This document shows, one piece after another, positions 1 through 12,395 of a stretch of 64,000 bases of DNA. The notes under the pieces were generated by a model. That model was not told where the DNA came from and made no database searches. It was given only the letters and a program-made list of their open reading frames with translations. The stretch covers positions 54,684,001-54,748,000 of the forward strand of contig NC_043012.1 in the NCBI RefSeq assembly GCF_006345805.1. Direction: 5' to 3'. The DNA comes from Octopus sinensis. Lineage: Eukaryota. Numbering within the stretch: position 1 is the stretch's first letter; every line of letters starts with the position of its first letter. Position numbers and translations under genes: made by a program.

Positions 1-1062
1 GGCACATAACAAACACCATCCGATCGTGGCCGTTCGCCAGCCTCATCTGGCACCTGTGTCGGTGGCACATAAAAACACCAACCGAAGACCCGACAAGACT
101 AGTCAGGCTATAACCCGTGGCCCCTACCTGGGACGTAGTCAGTCCACCTGTGCATACCTTCCTTCCTTCTTGTGACACTTGTGAAGACCTGTGAAGACCT
201 GTTGAGGCAAGTGAAAATCAAATCAAATCAAATCAAAACAAATCAAAATAGATGAACATCAATGGAATTTGTATCTTTGTGGTACCAGTGCCGGTGGCAC
301 ACAAGAAAACCATCCGAACGTGGCCGTAGCCAGTACCGCATCGACTGGCCTCCGTGCTGTGGGCACATAACAAACACCATCCGATCGTGGCCGTTCGCCA
401 GCCTCATCTGGCACCTGTGTCGGTGGCACATAAAAACACCATCCGAAGACCCGGCAAGACTAGTCAGGCCATAACCCGTGGCCCCTACCTGGGACGTAGT
501 CAGTCCACCTGTGCATACCTTCCTTCTTGTGACACTTGTGAAGACCTGTTGAGGCAAGTGAAAATCAAAACAAATCAAAATAGATGAACATCAATGGAAT
601 TTGTATCTTTGTGGTACCAGTGCCGGTGGCACAGAAGAAAATCATCCGAACGTGGCCGTAGCCAGTACCGCATAGACTGGCCTCCGTGCTTTGGGGACGT
701 AACAAACACCATCCGATCGTGGCTGTCCGCCAGCCTCATCTGGCACCTGTGTCGGTGGCACATAAAAACACCATCCGAGCGTGGCCGTCTGCCAGCCTCG
801 TCTGGCACCTGTGTCGGTGGCACATAAAAAACACCATCCGAGCGTGGCCGTTCGCCAGCCTCGTCTGGCACCTGTGTCAGTGGCACATAAAATCACCCAC
901 TACACTCTCGGAGTGGTTGGCGTTAGGAAGGGCATCCAGCTGTAGAAACACTGCCAGATCTGACTGGCCTGGTGCAGCCTTCGGGCTCCCCAGACCCCAG
1001 TTGAACCGTCCAACCCATGCTAGCATGGAAAACGGACGCTAAATGATGATGATGATGATGAT
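1..1062 (+). mobile_element. 3' end of a young RTE LINE with tandemly reiterated 3'UTR units and (ATG)n tail
   Basis: Near-identical to 17152-17871, which follows an RTE ORF end; ~340-360-bp units; (atg)n at 1043-1062. Confidence 0.85.
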
Positions 1063-1196
1063 GTTTTCATTTGTCTTGCTCATTTTGGCGTTTTGCTGAG
1101 ATTTTTTTCTCAAGAACACATTCTTTGTTGTAATGGCGATTTGATGTCTATGTTTAGCATTTAGGGTGTCCACTTTAGTGGTCATTCCTCTTAATT

Positions 1197-1243
<47 letters not shown>

Positions 1244-1244
1244 T

Positions 1245-1635
1245 AGGAGTGGCTGCGTGGTAAGTAGCTTGCTAACCAGCCACATTGTACTGGGTTCAGT
1301 CCCACTGCGTGGCATCTTGGGCAAGTGTCTTCTTCTAGCCTCGGGCCGACCAAAGCCTTGTGAGTGGATTTGGTAGATGGAAACTGAAAGAAGCTTGTCG
1401 TATATATGTATATATATATGTATGTCTGTGTATATGTTTGTGTGTCCCTCTTGACAACCGATGCTGGTGTGTTTACGTCCCTGTCACTTAGCGGTTTGGC
1501 AAAAGAGACCGATAGAATAAGTACTGGGCTTACAAAGAATAAGTCCTGGGGTCGATTTGCTCGACTAAAGGCGGTGCTCCAGCATGGCCACAGTCAAATG
1601 ACTGAAACAAGTAAAAGAGTAAAGAGAGAGAGAGA
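1245..1635 (+). mobile_element. tRNA-derived SINE family A (Pol III A/B boxes, central TA repeat, LINE-like 3' tail)
   Basis: TGGCTGYGTGG box A, GGTTCAGTCCC box B; other copies at ~15030-15500(-), 22990-23490(-), 34964-35350, 35392-35790, 38262-38720, 53630-54007, 55262-55630. Confidence 0.85.
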
Positions 1636-2044
1636 GTATATGATAGAATATCATATATATTATATCATTGCTCTGGAAGTTGTTCAAGATTAAAGAGATA
1701 TTGTCATCAGTGCTGTTGTTGTTAATGTGGTAGTGATGGCAACGGTGGCAGTGGAAGTGTTGCAGTGGTAGTAGTTGTAGCAGTGCTAGTGGTAGCAGTG
1801 ACAATGACAACAATGGTGGTAGTGACAGCAGTGGAAGGTCAGGGTAAAAAAAATGCCAAATTAGAACAATGGATTGACAGAAATTTTAGGACACCACACT
1901 AGATGATTTACAGTACTTGTTCCTGCTTTTTATGTTCTGAGTTCTAATCCTGTCATTGCCCAGTTCAGCACCACCATCTAGCACCTCGGATACCATTAGT
2001 TTGTTTTATTGCTAGCATTTAAGATTATCATTATTATTGTTATT

Positions 2045-2301
2045 GGTGAGCTGGCAGAATCCTTAGCACACTGGGAAAAATGCTTAACAACATTTTGTTC
2101 CTCTTTACATTCTGTGTTCATATTCCACTGAGGTTGACTTTATCTTTCATCCTTTTGGGGTCAATAAATTAAATACCAGTGAAACACTAGGGTTGAGGTA
2201 ATTGACTAGTCCCCTCTCCCAAATTTCAGGCCTTGTGCCTTTAGTAGAAAGGATTGTTATTATTATTATTGTTATTATTATTATTATTATTATCATTATT
2301 A

Positions 2302-2377
<76 letters not shown>

Positions 2378-2400
2378 CATTATTATTATTATTATTATTA

Positions 2401-2441
<41 letters not shown>
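2045..2441 (+). mobile_element. tRNA-derived SINE family B with an expanded (ATT)n tail
   Basis: gagctggcagaa box A, gttca(a/t)attcc box B-like, ctttcatccttt..gggtc..taaattaa core; (att)n 2254-2441; copies at ~2445, 3255, 6005, 13780, 14035(-), 20925(-), 47890(-), 48450-49070(-). Confidence 0.8.
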
Positions 2442-3503
2442 GAAGTGATGTGCTGGCATAATTGTTAGCATGCCTCACAAAATGTTTAGTGGCATTTTGT
2501 CTGTTTTTATGCTCTGAGTTCTAATCCTGCCGAGGTCAACTTTGCTTTTCATACTTTCAGGGTCGATGAAAAAAAATACCAGGCAAATACTCAGGTTGAT
2601 ATAATTGACTTCATCCTCCCCTCAAAAACTACTAGTCTTGTGTCAAAATTTTAAACCATTAGAGGTCTATGATGAAAAAAATGAGAAAGATATGGTATAT
2701 AATTTTTTTTGTGTGCAGGGGTTCCTTAAGATATGTAATTTATTTTAAGGGTTACACAAGGGTAAAAAGGTTGAGAAACACTGCTAAACTAATATCAGGT
2801 ATTGTTACATATATCAAGTGATAAGTGAGTGCTTTCTTATGCTTGAGCTGGGTATTGAATTGTAACTTTATTTGTTGCATAAGGTATTTGATATATGGAT
2901 CTCTTAAACTTTAGCATTTAATCTGGCCATATCCGGCCCAAATATTCTACCTGATTTATGTTAGAACTGACTAGATTCACACTCTCACTCTTACCATACA
3001 ATGTCACTCTAAAAATATATAAAAAAAGCAATTTTTTGTGGCCATTGCCAGTGGCACATAAAAGCACCCACTACATTCTCAGAGTGGTTGGCGTTAGGAA
3101 GGGCATCCAGCTGTAGAAACTCTGCCAGATCAGATTGGAGCCTGGTGCAGCTATCTGGTTCGCCAGTCCTCAGTCAAATCATCCAACCCATGCTAGCATG
3201 GAAAGCAGACGTTAAGCGATGATGATGATGATTATTATTATTATTTTTATTAAAACAGTGAGCTGGCAGAATTGTTTCCATGCCAGGCAAAATGCTTAGC
3301 AGCATTTCGTCCACCTTTATGCTCTGTATTCAAATTCCACTGAGGTCAACTTTACCCTTAATCCTTTCAGGGTCAATAAAATAAGTACTGGTGAAACACT
3401 GGGGTCAATATAATCGACTTACTCCCTCCCTCAAAATTTCAGGTCTTGTGCTTTTAGTAGAAAAGATTATCATCATCATCATCATCATCATTATTATTAT
3501 TAT

Positions 3504-4264
3504 TCTATGTTTGACTTTTGCTTTACATTTGTACAAGTTGGCTCCAAGTCTCACCCAGAGACCTCAAGAGACAACAGGTTGGAAGTTCGTATTGTTGTTA
3601 TGCCTAGTTGTTTTTGTATTTAGTGTTGTACTAGTGAATGCCTAAAAAAAAATAAAACGTAAGTTATGTTTGTTTTAAAACTTGAGGTTACATAGAAAGT
3701 ATTTTGCATAGGATATGAGCAGTTCCCATAAGCACTATCTTTTGAATTTCTGCCATTTTGGGGGTTTCCTGGTATCTGAGTTAGGTAGCGATCAGCCCCT
3801 TTTGCTATCATTCCCAGGGCACCTATGACAACAGGTATTGTTTTACTCTTCAGGTTCCACATTTTGCTGATTTCTATTTCAAGATCTTTATATTTGCTCA
3901 GTTTTTGGTAGGTCTTGACAGATACGTTTATATCGATTGGGACAGTCATATCAATGAGGAGGCATGTTCTTTGTTTGAAGTTTTTCAATATGATGTCTGG
4001 CCTATTTGCATCTAAGTTTCTGTCAGTTTGAATGGGGAAGTTCCAGAGGAGTGAGATGTGGTCATTTTCAAGCACTGGAGGTGGTTTGTGTTCCCACCAG
4101 TTTTTTTCATGGGGCTAATCCAGGTTTTTGGAGATTACCCAGTGAATATATTGTGCAGCTCTATCATGCCTGTTGAGATACTCTGTAGGCGCTAGAAGAC
4201 TGCACTTGGAGACAACATGATCAATGGTTTCATTTTGTTGTTGACATACATGACATGTTGGGCT
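3504..4264 (-). mobile_element. 5'-truncated R4/Dong-clade non-LTR retrotransposon (CCHC knuckle + restriction-like endonuclease)
   Basis: CHVC..ETIDHVVSKC, RHD, RPDII..LIDMTVP..KLSKYKDL..PVVIGALG; flanked by (TAA)n on both sides. Confidence 0.85.
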
Positions 4265-4633
4265 ATTATTATTATTATTATTATTATTATTATGATGATG
4301 ATGATGATGATGGTCGTCGTTGTCGTCGTCATCGTCGTCGTCGTCATCATCAATTGGCTGAATGGTTAAAGTGTTGGATTAGAAGTTTTGTGGGTTTCTT
4401 CTAGATCTTTGATCTGATTTCAGTTCCTGTTGAGATTCAACTTTACCTTTCATCCTTTCAAGGGTTAATAAAATATAATACCAGTTATGTACTGGGGCTC
4501 TACATAATCATCACTAATTTAAGACCTGATGCTTGCTAGAAACTACTACTACTACTGCTGCTGCTACTAATACTACTATTTTCTGCTTTTATCATGCGGA
4601 TTATCATGATGATCATCATTATTATTGATATAG

Positions 4634-4771
4634 GAATACCTGTTCAAGTGTGCCAATAATCCAAAGATATCCAAATTCTTCAACATACGAATCCTCTGCA
4701 GATCTCTAGCAGGAAATAACATCTATATTTTGACTGTAACAAATCCTATATCAGACACAGCTCAGATGAAG
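4634..4771 (+). CDS. CCP2/3-like exon (EYLFKCANNPKISKFFNIRILCRSLAGNNIYILTVTNPISDTAQMK)
   Basis: tag|GAA acceptor, AAG|gtgagt donor, 138 nt, phase 0-0; LCRSLAGN motif. Confidence 0.92.
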
Positions 4772-4947
4772 GTGAGTTTATCTTGTAACAATACCTACCT
4801 ACATACATACATACATGTGTGTGTGTGGCAATTTTTAATATCCAGGTTAATCTGGGTGTCTTGTTAAAATGCCGAATGCTATGTTAATAGTACTGAGAAG
4901 TCTACTCATTCAGACACATGGTGCATTAAAGCATAGACATATATTGT

Positions 4948-5425
4948 CATCATCATCGTCGTTTAGCGTCCGTTTTCCATGCTAGCATGGGTTGGACGGT
5001 TCTACTGGGGTCTGTGAAGCCAGAAGGCTTCATCAGGTCCAGTCAAATCTGGCAGTGTTTCTACGGCTGGATGCCCTTCCTAACGCCAACCACTCCGTGA
5101 GTGTAGTGGGTGCTTTTTACGTGCCACCCGCACAGGTGCCAGACAGAGCTGGCAAACGGCCACGAACGGACGGTGCTTTTTATGTGCCACCGGCACGAGG
5201 GCCAGGCGAGGCTGGCAACGGACACGAAACGGGGCGGTGCTGGCAACGGTCGCGAAACGGAAGGTTCTCTTACATGCCACCGGCACTGGTAACACATCTG
5301 CAATTTCCATTGATCGATTTCCATTCTGATCCTCACTTGCCTCAACGGGTCTTCACAAGTAGAGTTTCGACATGCCACCGGCACTGGTAACACATCTGCA
5401 ATTTCCATTGATCGATTTCGATTCT
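4948..5425 (-). mobile_element. RTE 3'-end fragment; one of many (also ~3040, 5785, 6670, 7485, 13184, 37498, 39438, 49150)
   Basis: Shared 3' terminus gagtggttggcgttaggaagggcatccagc...ccaacccatgctagcatggaaa..(gat)n. Confidence 0.8.
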
Positions 5426-6514
5426 GTCGCAGATGTGAATTGCCTGTTATAGTTGGTGGAACTGCCGGGTCACGTTATTTCAGTGTATTGGACTTCTTCA
5501 GTGCGAGGCATCAAGTGACTGCATACCAGCCCATAGCAGATGATTCTCATCATCTAAAAGTCTGTGTTTTATGCACCAAGCAACAATAAGAAAGGATCAC
5601 TCAAGGCTAATGCTACAGTGTTTAGCATTCAAACAAGACATCCACATTAAGTTCACTGTAAAGATTGCCTTTTGCTACTTTTACTATTTCTATCACAAAT
5701 AATTATTTTTTAATGAGCCTACTGGTTATTTATGACATCAGTGACAAACAGTACTAAACAGCAATGCACTAACTTCTTTTTCTGGCTGGTGGCACGTAAA
5801 AAGCATCCCCTACACTCTCGGAGTGGTTGGCGTTAGGAAGGGCATCCAGCTGTAGAAACTCTGCCAGATCAAGACTGGAGCCTGGTGCAGCCATCTGGTT
5901 TGCCAGCCTTCAGTCAAAATCGTCCAACCCATGTAAGCATGGAAAGCGGACGTTAAACGATGATGCTGATGATGATGATGATGATGATGAATATTAATTA
6001 ATAACATCATTAGCAGGCTGGGGAAAATGCTTAGCAGCATTTCATGGGGGGGGGGGTCAATAAAATAAGTACCAGTGAAACACTAGGGGTTGATGTAACT
6101 GACTTAGCCCCTCCTCTGAAATTGTCAGTCCTGTGGCAAAATTTGAAACCAATATTGATTATTAACACATGACAAAGCATCGTTAGCATGCCAGGCAAAA
6201 TGCTTAGCAGCATTTCATCTGCCTTTGTGATCGAAGTTTAAATTCTACCGAGGTTGACTTGACCTTTCGTTCTTTCAGGGTTAATAAAATGAAGTACCAG
6301 CTGAATACTGGTGCCAAAGTACTCGACTAGCCACCTCCCCCAAAACTTCAGAGCTTGTGTCTATAGCAGAAAGGATTAATTAATTAATCACACAGAAATT
6401 TTCATTTGTTTAACTACCAGGCATTAGATTTTATTTGTTTTTTTCATTTACTTCATTTACAGAATATTTGTCAACCACTTCAGCTTGTCCATGTTGTTTT
6501 CTCTTCTCTTTTAG

Positions 6515-6625
6515 ACCAAGAAAGCTGTGTTTGTAACATCTCGTGTCCACCCTGGAGAAAGCAATGCCAGTTGGGTGATGAAAGGATTTCTAGATGTTTT
6601 GATAGCGGATTCAGAGTATTCAAAT
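6515..6625 (+). CDS. CCP2/3-like exon with Zn ligands HxxE ([37 protein letters not shown])
   Basis: Polypyrimidine tract + ttag acceptor, gtaaaa donor, 111 nt; RVHPGE motif. Confidence 0.95.
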
Positions 6626-7796
6626 GTAAAATATATTTTTGATTTTTACAAAATATCCTTATCTGTCTTCATCATCATCATCATCATCATCATCATTGTC
6701 ATCATTTAACATCCATCTTACATGCTGGCATGGGTTGGACAGCTTGACAGGAGCTGGCAATGCCTGAGGACTGCACCAAGTTCCACTGTCTTCTTTGCCA
6801 TGGTCTCTATGGCTGGATGTCCTTCCTAACAGTAACCACTTTACAGAGTGGACTGAGTATTTTTTGCATGGCACCAGCAAGGTCTGTTTCATTTCATTTT
6901 ATTAAAGTTTGAATATGTTTTTCTCTGTTTTCTACCATATCATCATCACCATTGTCATTTAATATCCATTTTCCACGCTGGCATGGGTTGGACAGTCTGA
7001 CAGGAGCTGGCAAACCTGAAGACTGCAACAATCCCTGTCATCTGCTTTGGCGTGGTTTCTATGGCTGGAAGCCCTTTCTGGTGCCAACCACTTTCCAGCA
7101 TGAACTTGGTGCTTATTGTGTGGCACCAGCAACAGTGAGGTCACCAAATAATTTACAAGACAAGACCCCTGAACCGAGGGAGGTAGTAGTATTGAGGAAG
7201 GTGACTTTGTACCAGAATGAAAGGGTATGAGTTGAGGGGACAGAAATAGACATCTTGCAGTCAAAATGATATTTGACTACTTCAGTAGGAGAGTGAGAGA
7301 GAGAAAGATGGGAAAGATGTGTCCGGGAGATTCATTCAGGTCACAGGGAGGTATACATAAGTGAAGTGAAACCAAGGATTGGATAGGGTGAGTAGGTGGG
7401 TAAGTTTGAAAGCTTACAAAGAGTGGGAGGTATAGGTATATGTTTATGCATGTGTGTGTATGTGGATATATATATATCATTATTATCATCATCATTTAAC
7501 ATGTTTTCAATGCTAGCATGGGTTAGACAGTTTGACTGGTTCTTGTAAGCCAAAGAGCTGTACCAGGTTCCAGTCTGATTTAGCTTGGCATCTACAGCTA
7601 CATGCTCTTCCTAATGCTAACCACTCCAAGAGTGTAGCGGGTGCCTTTTACATGTCACTGCACGGGTGTCATTTTTGTGTCACCGGTACTGGCCACAACT
7701 GTGATTTCACTTCGCTTGGCATGTCTTCTTAATCACAGCAAAATCACATATATGTATGTAGGCGTGTTATATATATATATATATATGTAGATGTCC

Positions 7797-8459
7797 ATCA
7801 TCATCGTCGTTGTTTAACATCTGCTTTCCATGTTGGCATGGGTTGGACGGTTTGACTGAGGGCTGGCAAACCAGAAGGCTGCACCAGGCTCCAATCTGAT
7901 CTGGCAAATCTTCCTAATGCCAATGACTCCGAGAGTGTAGTGGGTACTTTTTACATGCTACCAGCACAGGACCAGTCAGGCAGCACTGGCATTGACTACA
8001 CTTAAATGGTGCTTTTTACATGCCACCGGCATGGGTGCCAATCAGGTGGTACTGGTGTCGACCATGACAATGACTTCACTTGCCTCAACAGGTCTTTGCA
8101 AGCACAGTTTATTGCCCAATGATTGAAGGGTACTCATAAATGTGCCGGTTATGCTGCACTGGCATAGGCCACAGTTACAGTCTCACTTGGCTTGTCAGGT
8201 CTTCTCAAGCACAGCATATCTCCAAAGGTCTCGATCACTTGTCATTGCCTCCGTCAGGCCCAACTTTTGAAGGTCGTGCTTCACCACCTCATCCCAGGTC
8301 TTCCTGGGTCTACCTCATCCACAGGTTCCCTCTACTGCTAGGGTGTGACCCTTTTTCACACAGCTATCCTCATCCATACGCAACACATGTCCATACTATC
8401 GCAGTTGTCTCTCTTGCACACCACATCTTATGCTTCATAGGTCCAACCTTTCTCTCAAG
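7797..8459 (-). mobile_element. RTE 3' fragment (different 3'UTR subfamily) fused back-to-back to the next element
   Basis: Reverse complement encodes the ORF-end region (CGVQER...RGRPRKTWDEVVKHDL), then a 3'UTR and (atg)n tail. Confidence 0.8.
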
Positions 8460-10418
8460 TTGTTGGATCAGGTAATAAAGGTCATGGAGAGGGTCATAGC
8501 CCAACTAATTAGGGAGAGAGTCAGTTTGGTTTCATGCCAGGGAAAAGCAACACTGATGCTATATTTCTGGTTAGATAGCTGCAGGAGAAATACCTCACCA
8601 AAGATAAGCCCCTGTACTTGGCTTTCGTTGACATGGAGAAAGCCTTTGACAGGGTCCCCCGATCCCTTATCTGGTGGTCAATGAGGAAACTAGGGATAGA
8701 TGAATGGTTAGTGAAAGCTGTGCAAGCCATGTACAGGGACGCTGTCAGTAAGGTGAGAGTTGGCAACTAGTACAGTGAAGAATTCCGGGTAGAATTAGGG
8801 ATCCACCAAGGTTCAGTCCTCAGCCCCCTCCTATTTATCATAGTCCTCCAGGCAATAACAGAGGAATTCAAGCCAGGATGCCCCTGGGAGCTCCTCTATG
8901 CTGATGACCTTGCTCTATTTGCTGAGTCACTATCAGAACTAGAGGAGAAGTTTCAAGTGTGGAAACAAGGATTAGAATCGAAGGGCCTTAGAGTCAACCT
9001 AGCTAAAACCAAAGTCCTAATAAGTAGGAAGGCAGGCAAACCACAAATCCCTTCAGGTAGATGGCCCTGCTCAATCTGTAGAAAAGGCATAGGTAGAAAC
9101 TCTATAAGATGTACCCAGTGTAAGCTATGGACACATAAAAGGTGCAGCAATATCAAAGGAAGGTTAAATGGGAGGATAGCTTTTGTATGTGGCAGATGCT
9201 CGGGAGCTATAAATAACACTGAAAATGTGCAGAGAACAACTTCCGCCACATTCCAGGGAGAAAAACTAGAAGTAGTTGATAGCTTCCATTACCTAGGTAA
9301 CCAATTCAGTAGTTGGGGGGGTGTGCTGAAAGTGTAGCTGCTAGAATAAGAATAGCATGGGCTAAGTTCAGAGAGCTCTTACCTCTGCTGGTGACAAAGG
9401 GTCTCTTGCTTAGAGTGAAAGGTAGACTGTATGACGCATGTGTACGAACAGCCATGCTACATGGCAGTGAAACATGGGCTGTGACTGCTGAGGACATGCG
9501 TAAGCTCGCAAGGAATGAAGCCAGCATGCTCCGATGGATGTGTAATGTCAGTGTGCATACTCAACAGAGTGTTAGTGCCTTGAGAGAAAGGTTGAGCCTA
9601 AGAAGCATCAGTGTGCAAGAGAGATGACTGCGCTGGTATGGTCATGTGGTGAGAATGGATGTGGATAACTGTGAAAAAGTGCCACACCCTAGCAGTTGAA
9701 GGAACCTGTGGAAGAGGTAGACCCAGGAAGACCTGGGATGAGGTGGTGAAGCATGACCTTCAAGCATTGGGCCTCACCGAGGCAATGACTAGTGACCGGG
9801 ACCTATGGAAATATGCTGTGCTTGAGAAGACTCGGCAAGTGCAAGTGAGACCCTAACCTTGTGGCCTATGCCAGGGGTGTAACCAGTCCACTTATGCGTG
9901 CCTTTCTTTCATTGGACACTAAACTCTGCTTGCGAAGACCTGTTGAGGCAAGTGAAATCGAAATCGAAATCAAACTCGGTGACTGGCATTCGTTGCTAGT
10001 GGAGTGCTAAGAGTACCATTCGAGTGAAATTGTTGCCAGAGCAACAAGCTGGCCTTAGTGCCAATGTCACCATTCGAGCGTGATCGTTACCTGCGTCACC
10101 TTACAAGCACTTGTGCTGGTGGCACGCGAAAAAAACATTCGATCGAGATCGTTGCCAGTGCCGCTGGACTGGCTCCTGTGCAGGTGGCACATAAAAAGCA
10201 CCATTTGAGCATGGCTGTTGCCAGTACCACCTAACTGGCCCTCGTGCCGGTAGTACGTAAAAGTACCCACTATACTCTTGGAGTGGTTGGCGTTAGGAAG
10301 GGCACCCAGCTGTAGAAACTCTGCCAGATCAGATTGGAGTCTGGTTCGCCAGACCTCAGTCAAATCGTCCAACCCATGCTAGCATGGAAAGCAGACGTTA
10401 AACAATGATGATGATGAT
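8455..10418 (+). mobile_element. 5'-truncated, frameshifted RTE LINE (RT + PHD-like finger + 3'UTR)
   Basis: DMEKAFDRV, QGSVLSPLLF, LLYADD, GRPRKTW motifs; (gat)n tail. Confidence 0.9.
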
Positions 10419-10615
10419 AAGTGTTTCCATTATTTTGTCCAACCCATGTATATATATGTATAAAGTTTCCTCAAATGAACTTCTCCCATTAGTCTTGTAG
10501 AAACCAAATGAACTGCTATTGGTCAATGCAAGTCACATGGTGTTATTGATCTGGTAGCAACATCAATTCAAATCTGTATTATTCCAATATGTATTTACTG
10601 TATACATACATACAT

Positions 10616-11158
10616 GGTGGCTGCCCCTTCGTTATCGAGTATGGCCATTGCACGAAGCTTAATCAATGTTGTTATCGTGCAATGCCTGTGCAAGAAGATT
10701 TTCTTTTAAAGTGAGGAAAGGCTGTGCACTGAGTCAATCCCACTCACTAAGCAACAGCAGCCAAAATCCGAAAAGAAGAACAAGTCAACATCATCGGTAA
10801 CCACTGAGCCGCAGGTTTTATGTTGGAGTTATCCCAGTTACCTGAGTTACCTTCTCCTAGAAGGATGCCCTAACAAAGGCTAGGAGTCCTTCACTCCCAA
10901 TGGTTTAACTGCGCAATCAGGTATTCAGTCTGATTATTTCTATGATACAGCCTTAAGGCATTTATTGGATGGCTGTTGATTCTCAAGAGTTCCTCCGTCC
11001 TTTGACGGGTTTTGTTTTTCATCCCGCAGGGTGTCCAATAAACACCCTCCTCACCAAGCAAGCTTGGTGGGGTTGCCGGTTTAGTCGCCGACGGCCCGAC
11101 CATGCAACAGGTTGTACTGGGTTACATGTTACCAGTAGCACTTGAAAGTGACCTGACA
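10616..11158 (-). repeat. GC-richer structured interspersed repeat, related to 46150-46410(+); possibly derived from an RTE 5'UTR
   Basis: Shares ordered blocks gctactgg..ccag, ctaaacc.gc..cccac..gtgaggagggt..ggacaccc with 46190-46320. Confidence 0.45.
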
Positions 11159-11229
11159 ATAACATACATATATATATACATACATACACAAATATACATA
11201 CATACACAAATATATATATACATATATAT

Positions 11230-11635
11230 ATATAATATTAATTAGAGACAAAACCACTATTTTGCAAATCAAACAAGGAAAGACTTAATCAATACATAAA
11301 AAAATTTTAATATAAAGTAAATAAATCGCCACTACAATTGTTTCCTGTCTTCAAATGACATTCATCAAATGACTTCATAACTTTAAAATTGAATAGAAGA
11401 TATGAAATCCACCTGATGAATGTCATTTGAAGACAGGAAACAATTGTAGTGGCAATTTATTTACTTTATATTAAAATTTTTTTATGTATTGATTAAGTCT
11501 TTCCTTGTGTGATTTGCAAAATAGTGGTTTTGTCTCTAATTAATATTATATAATATTTTACTATAAAATTGGATTCAATCCTAAATCTGATTTTTCCCTG
11601 TAAATTTGGATTTATTCCCTAATATTTATTATTAT
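11230..11635 (+). mobile_element. Fold-back (~140-bp arms) Penelope-LTR-like element in (TA)n carrying a hammerhead motif
   Basis: 11230-11367 is the reverse complement of 11414-11550; unpaired tail to 11635; half copy at 53155-53270. Confidence 0.7.
11409..11452 (+). ncRNA. Minimal type I hammerhead ribozyme motif
   Basis: ccac-CTGATGA-a-tgtc(atttgaa)gaca-g-GAAA-c(aatt)g-TA-gtgg. Confidence 0.6.
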
Positions 11636-11719
11636 ACATATATATATATATACATACACAAATACACACACATATATATGTATGTATAAATTGAAGCATT
11701 CATTTCTCTTTCATTGTAG

Positions 11720-11889
11720 CTGCTGAGAGAAATGTTTGTCTTTAAAATCATACCCATGCTGAATCCTGATGGTGTCATTGTTGGAAACTACCGTTGTTCC
11801 TTGTCGGGTCGTGATCTAAATAGAAACTACAAGTCTACGTTGGAAGGCCAATTTCCTACGATTGGGAATATCATCAGTATGGTGAAAAA
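11720..11889 (+). CDS. CCP2/3-like exon ([38 protein letters not shown]...MVK)
   Basis: gtag acceptor, gtaaaa donor, 170 nt, phase 0-2; NPDG and DLNR M14 motifs. Confidence 0.95.
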
Positions 11890-11920
11890 GTAAAATTATA
11901 TTTCTGTTTTATATACCGCT

Positions 11921-12318
11921 CTAACCCTTTAGCATTCAGATTACTCTGTCAAATGTATAGCTTATTTATTCACACTGTTTTGAATTTCTCCTGCATTTTC
12001 TTGTAGCCTCAAGATTTTGATTATGTGACTGTATTTTTTTAGACTATCATTGGAGGTTAGGCACTAGTGTAGTTAGAGTGTGTGCTGCCCCCCCCCCCTC
12101 CGGACTCCACTAAAAGAAACATATTGCCTACAACAGACCCAAAAGTGGTGCCCCTTTAAAAGTGCTGCCCAGGGTGGACCACCCCTACCACCCCAATTCC
12201 CCCCTCCCTAGCCATGCTAGCGACGATAGGTGTGAAAGGCTGGATCTGACCAGTTTGAACATAACACAGGGAGAATATTTTTGGCCGGGTATGGCTAGTT
12301 TAAATGCTAAAGGGTTAA
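11921..12318. mobile_element. piggyBac-like MITE (CCCTTTAGCATT TIRs, TTAA-type ends) with a nested insert; family also at ~36990-37172, 39405-40100, 40865, 45372-45594
   Basis: ctaaccctttagcatt ... aatgctaaagggttaa. Confidence 0.7.
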
Positions 12319-12352
12319 ATTCATTAAAGTTTTTTTGTTTATTTGAAATGAC

Positions 12353-12395
<43 letters not shown>

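Noticed and set aside
243-1042. Overlapping ORFs rich in CRWH/CHRH motifs (recurring at 5000, 16200-17800 and 37600)
   Set aside because: Translations of the repeated gtggcac UTR module on both strands; no protein-family signal.
1-1062. Regular repeats resembling a CRISPR array
   Set aside because: No unique spacers and no cas genes; the units are reiterated RTE 3'UTR sequence in eukaryotic DNA.
2147-2471. Poly-Ile/Leu/Asn ORFs
   Set aside because: Artefacts of an (ATT)n microsatellite.
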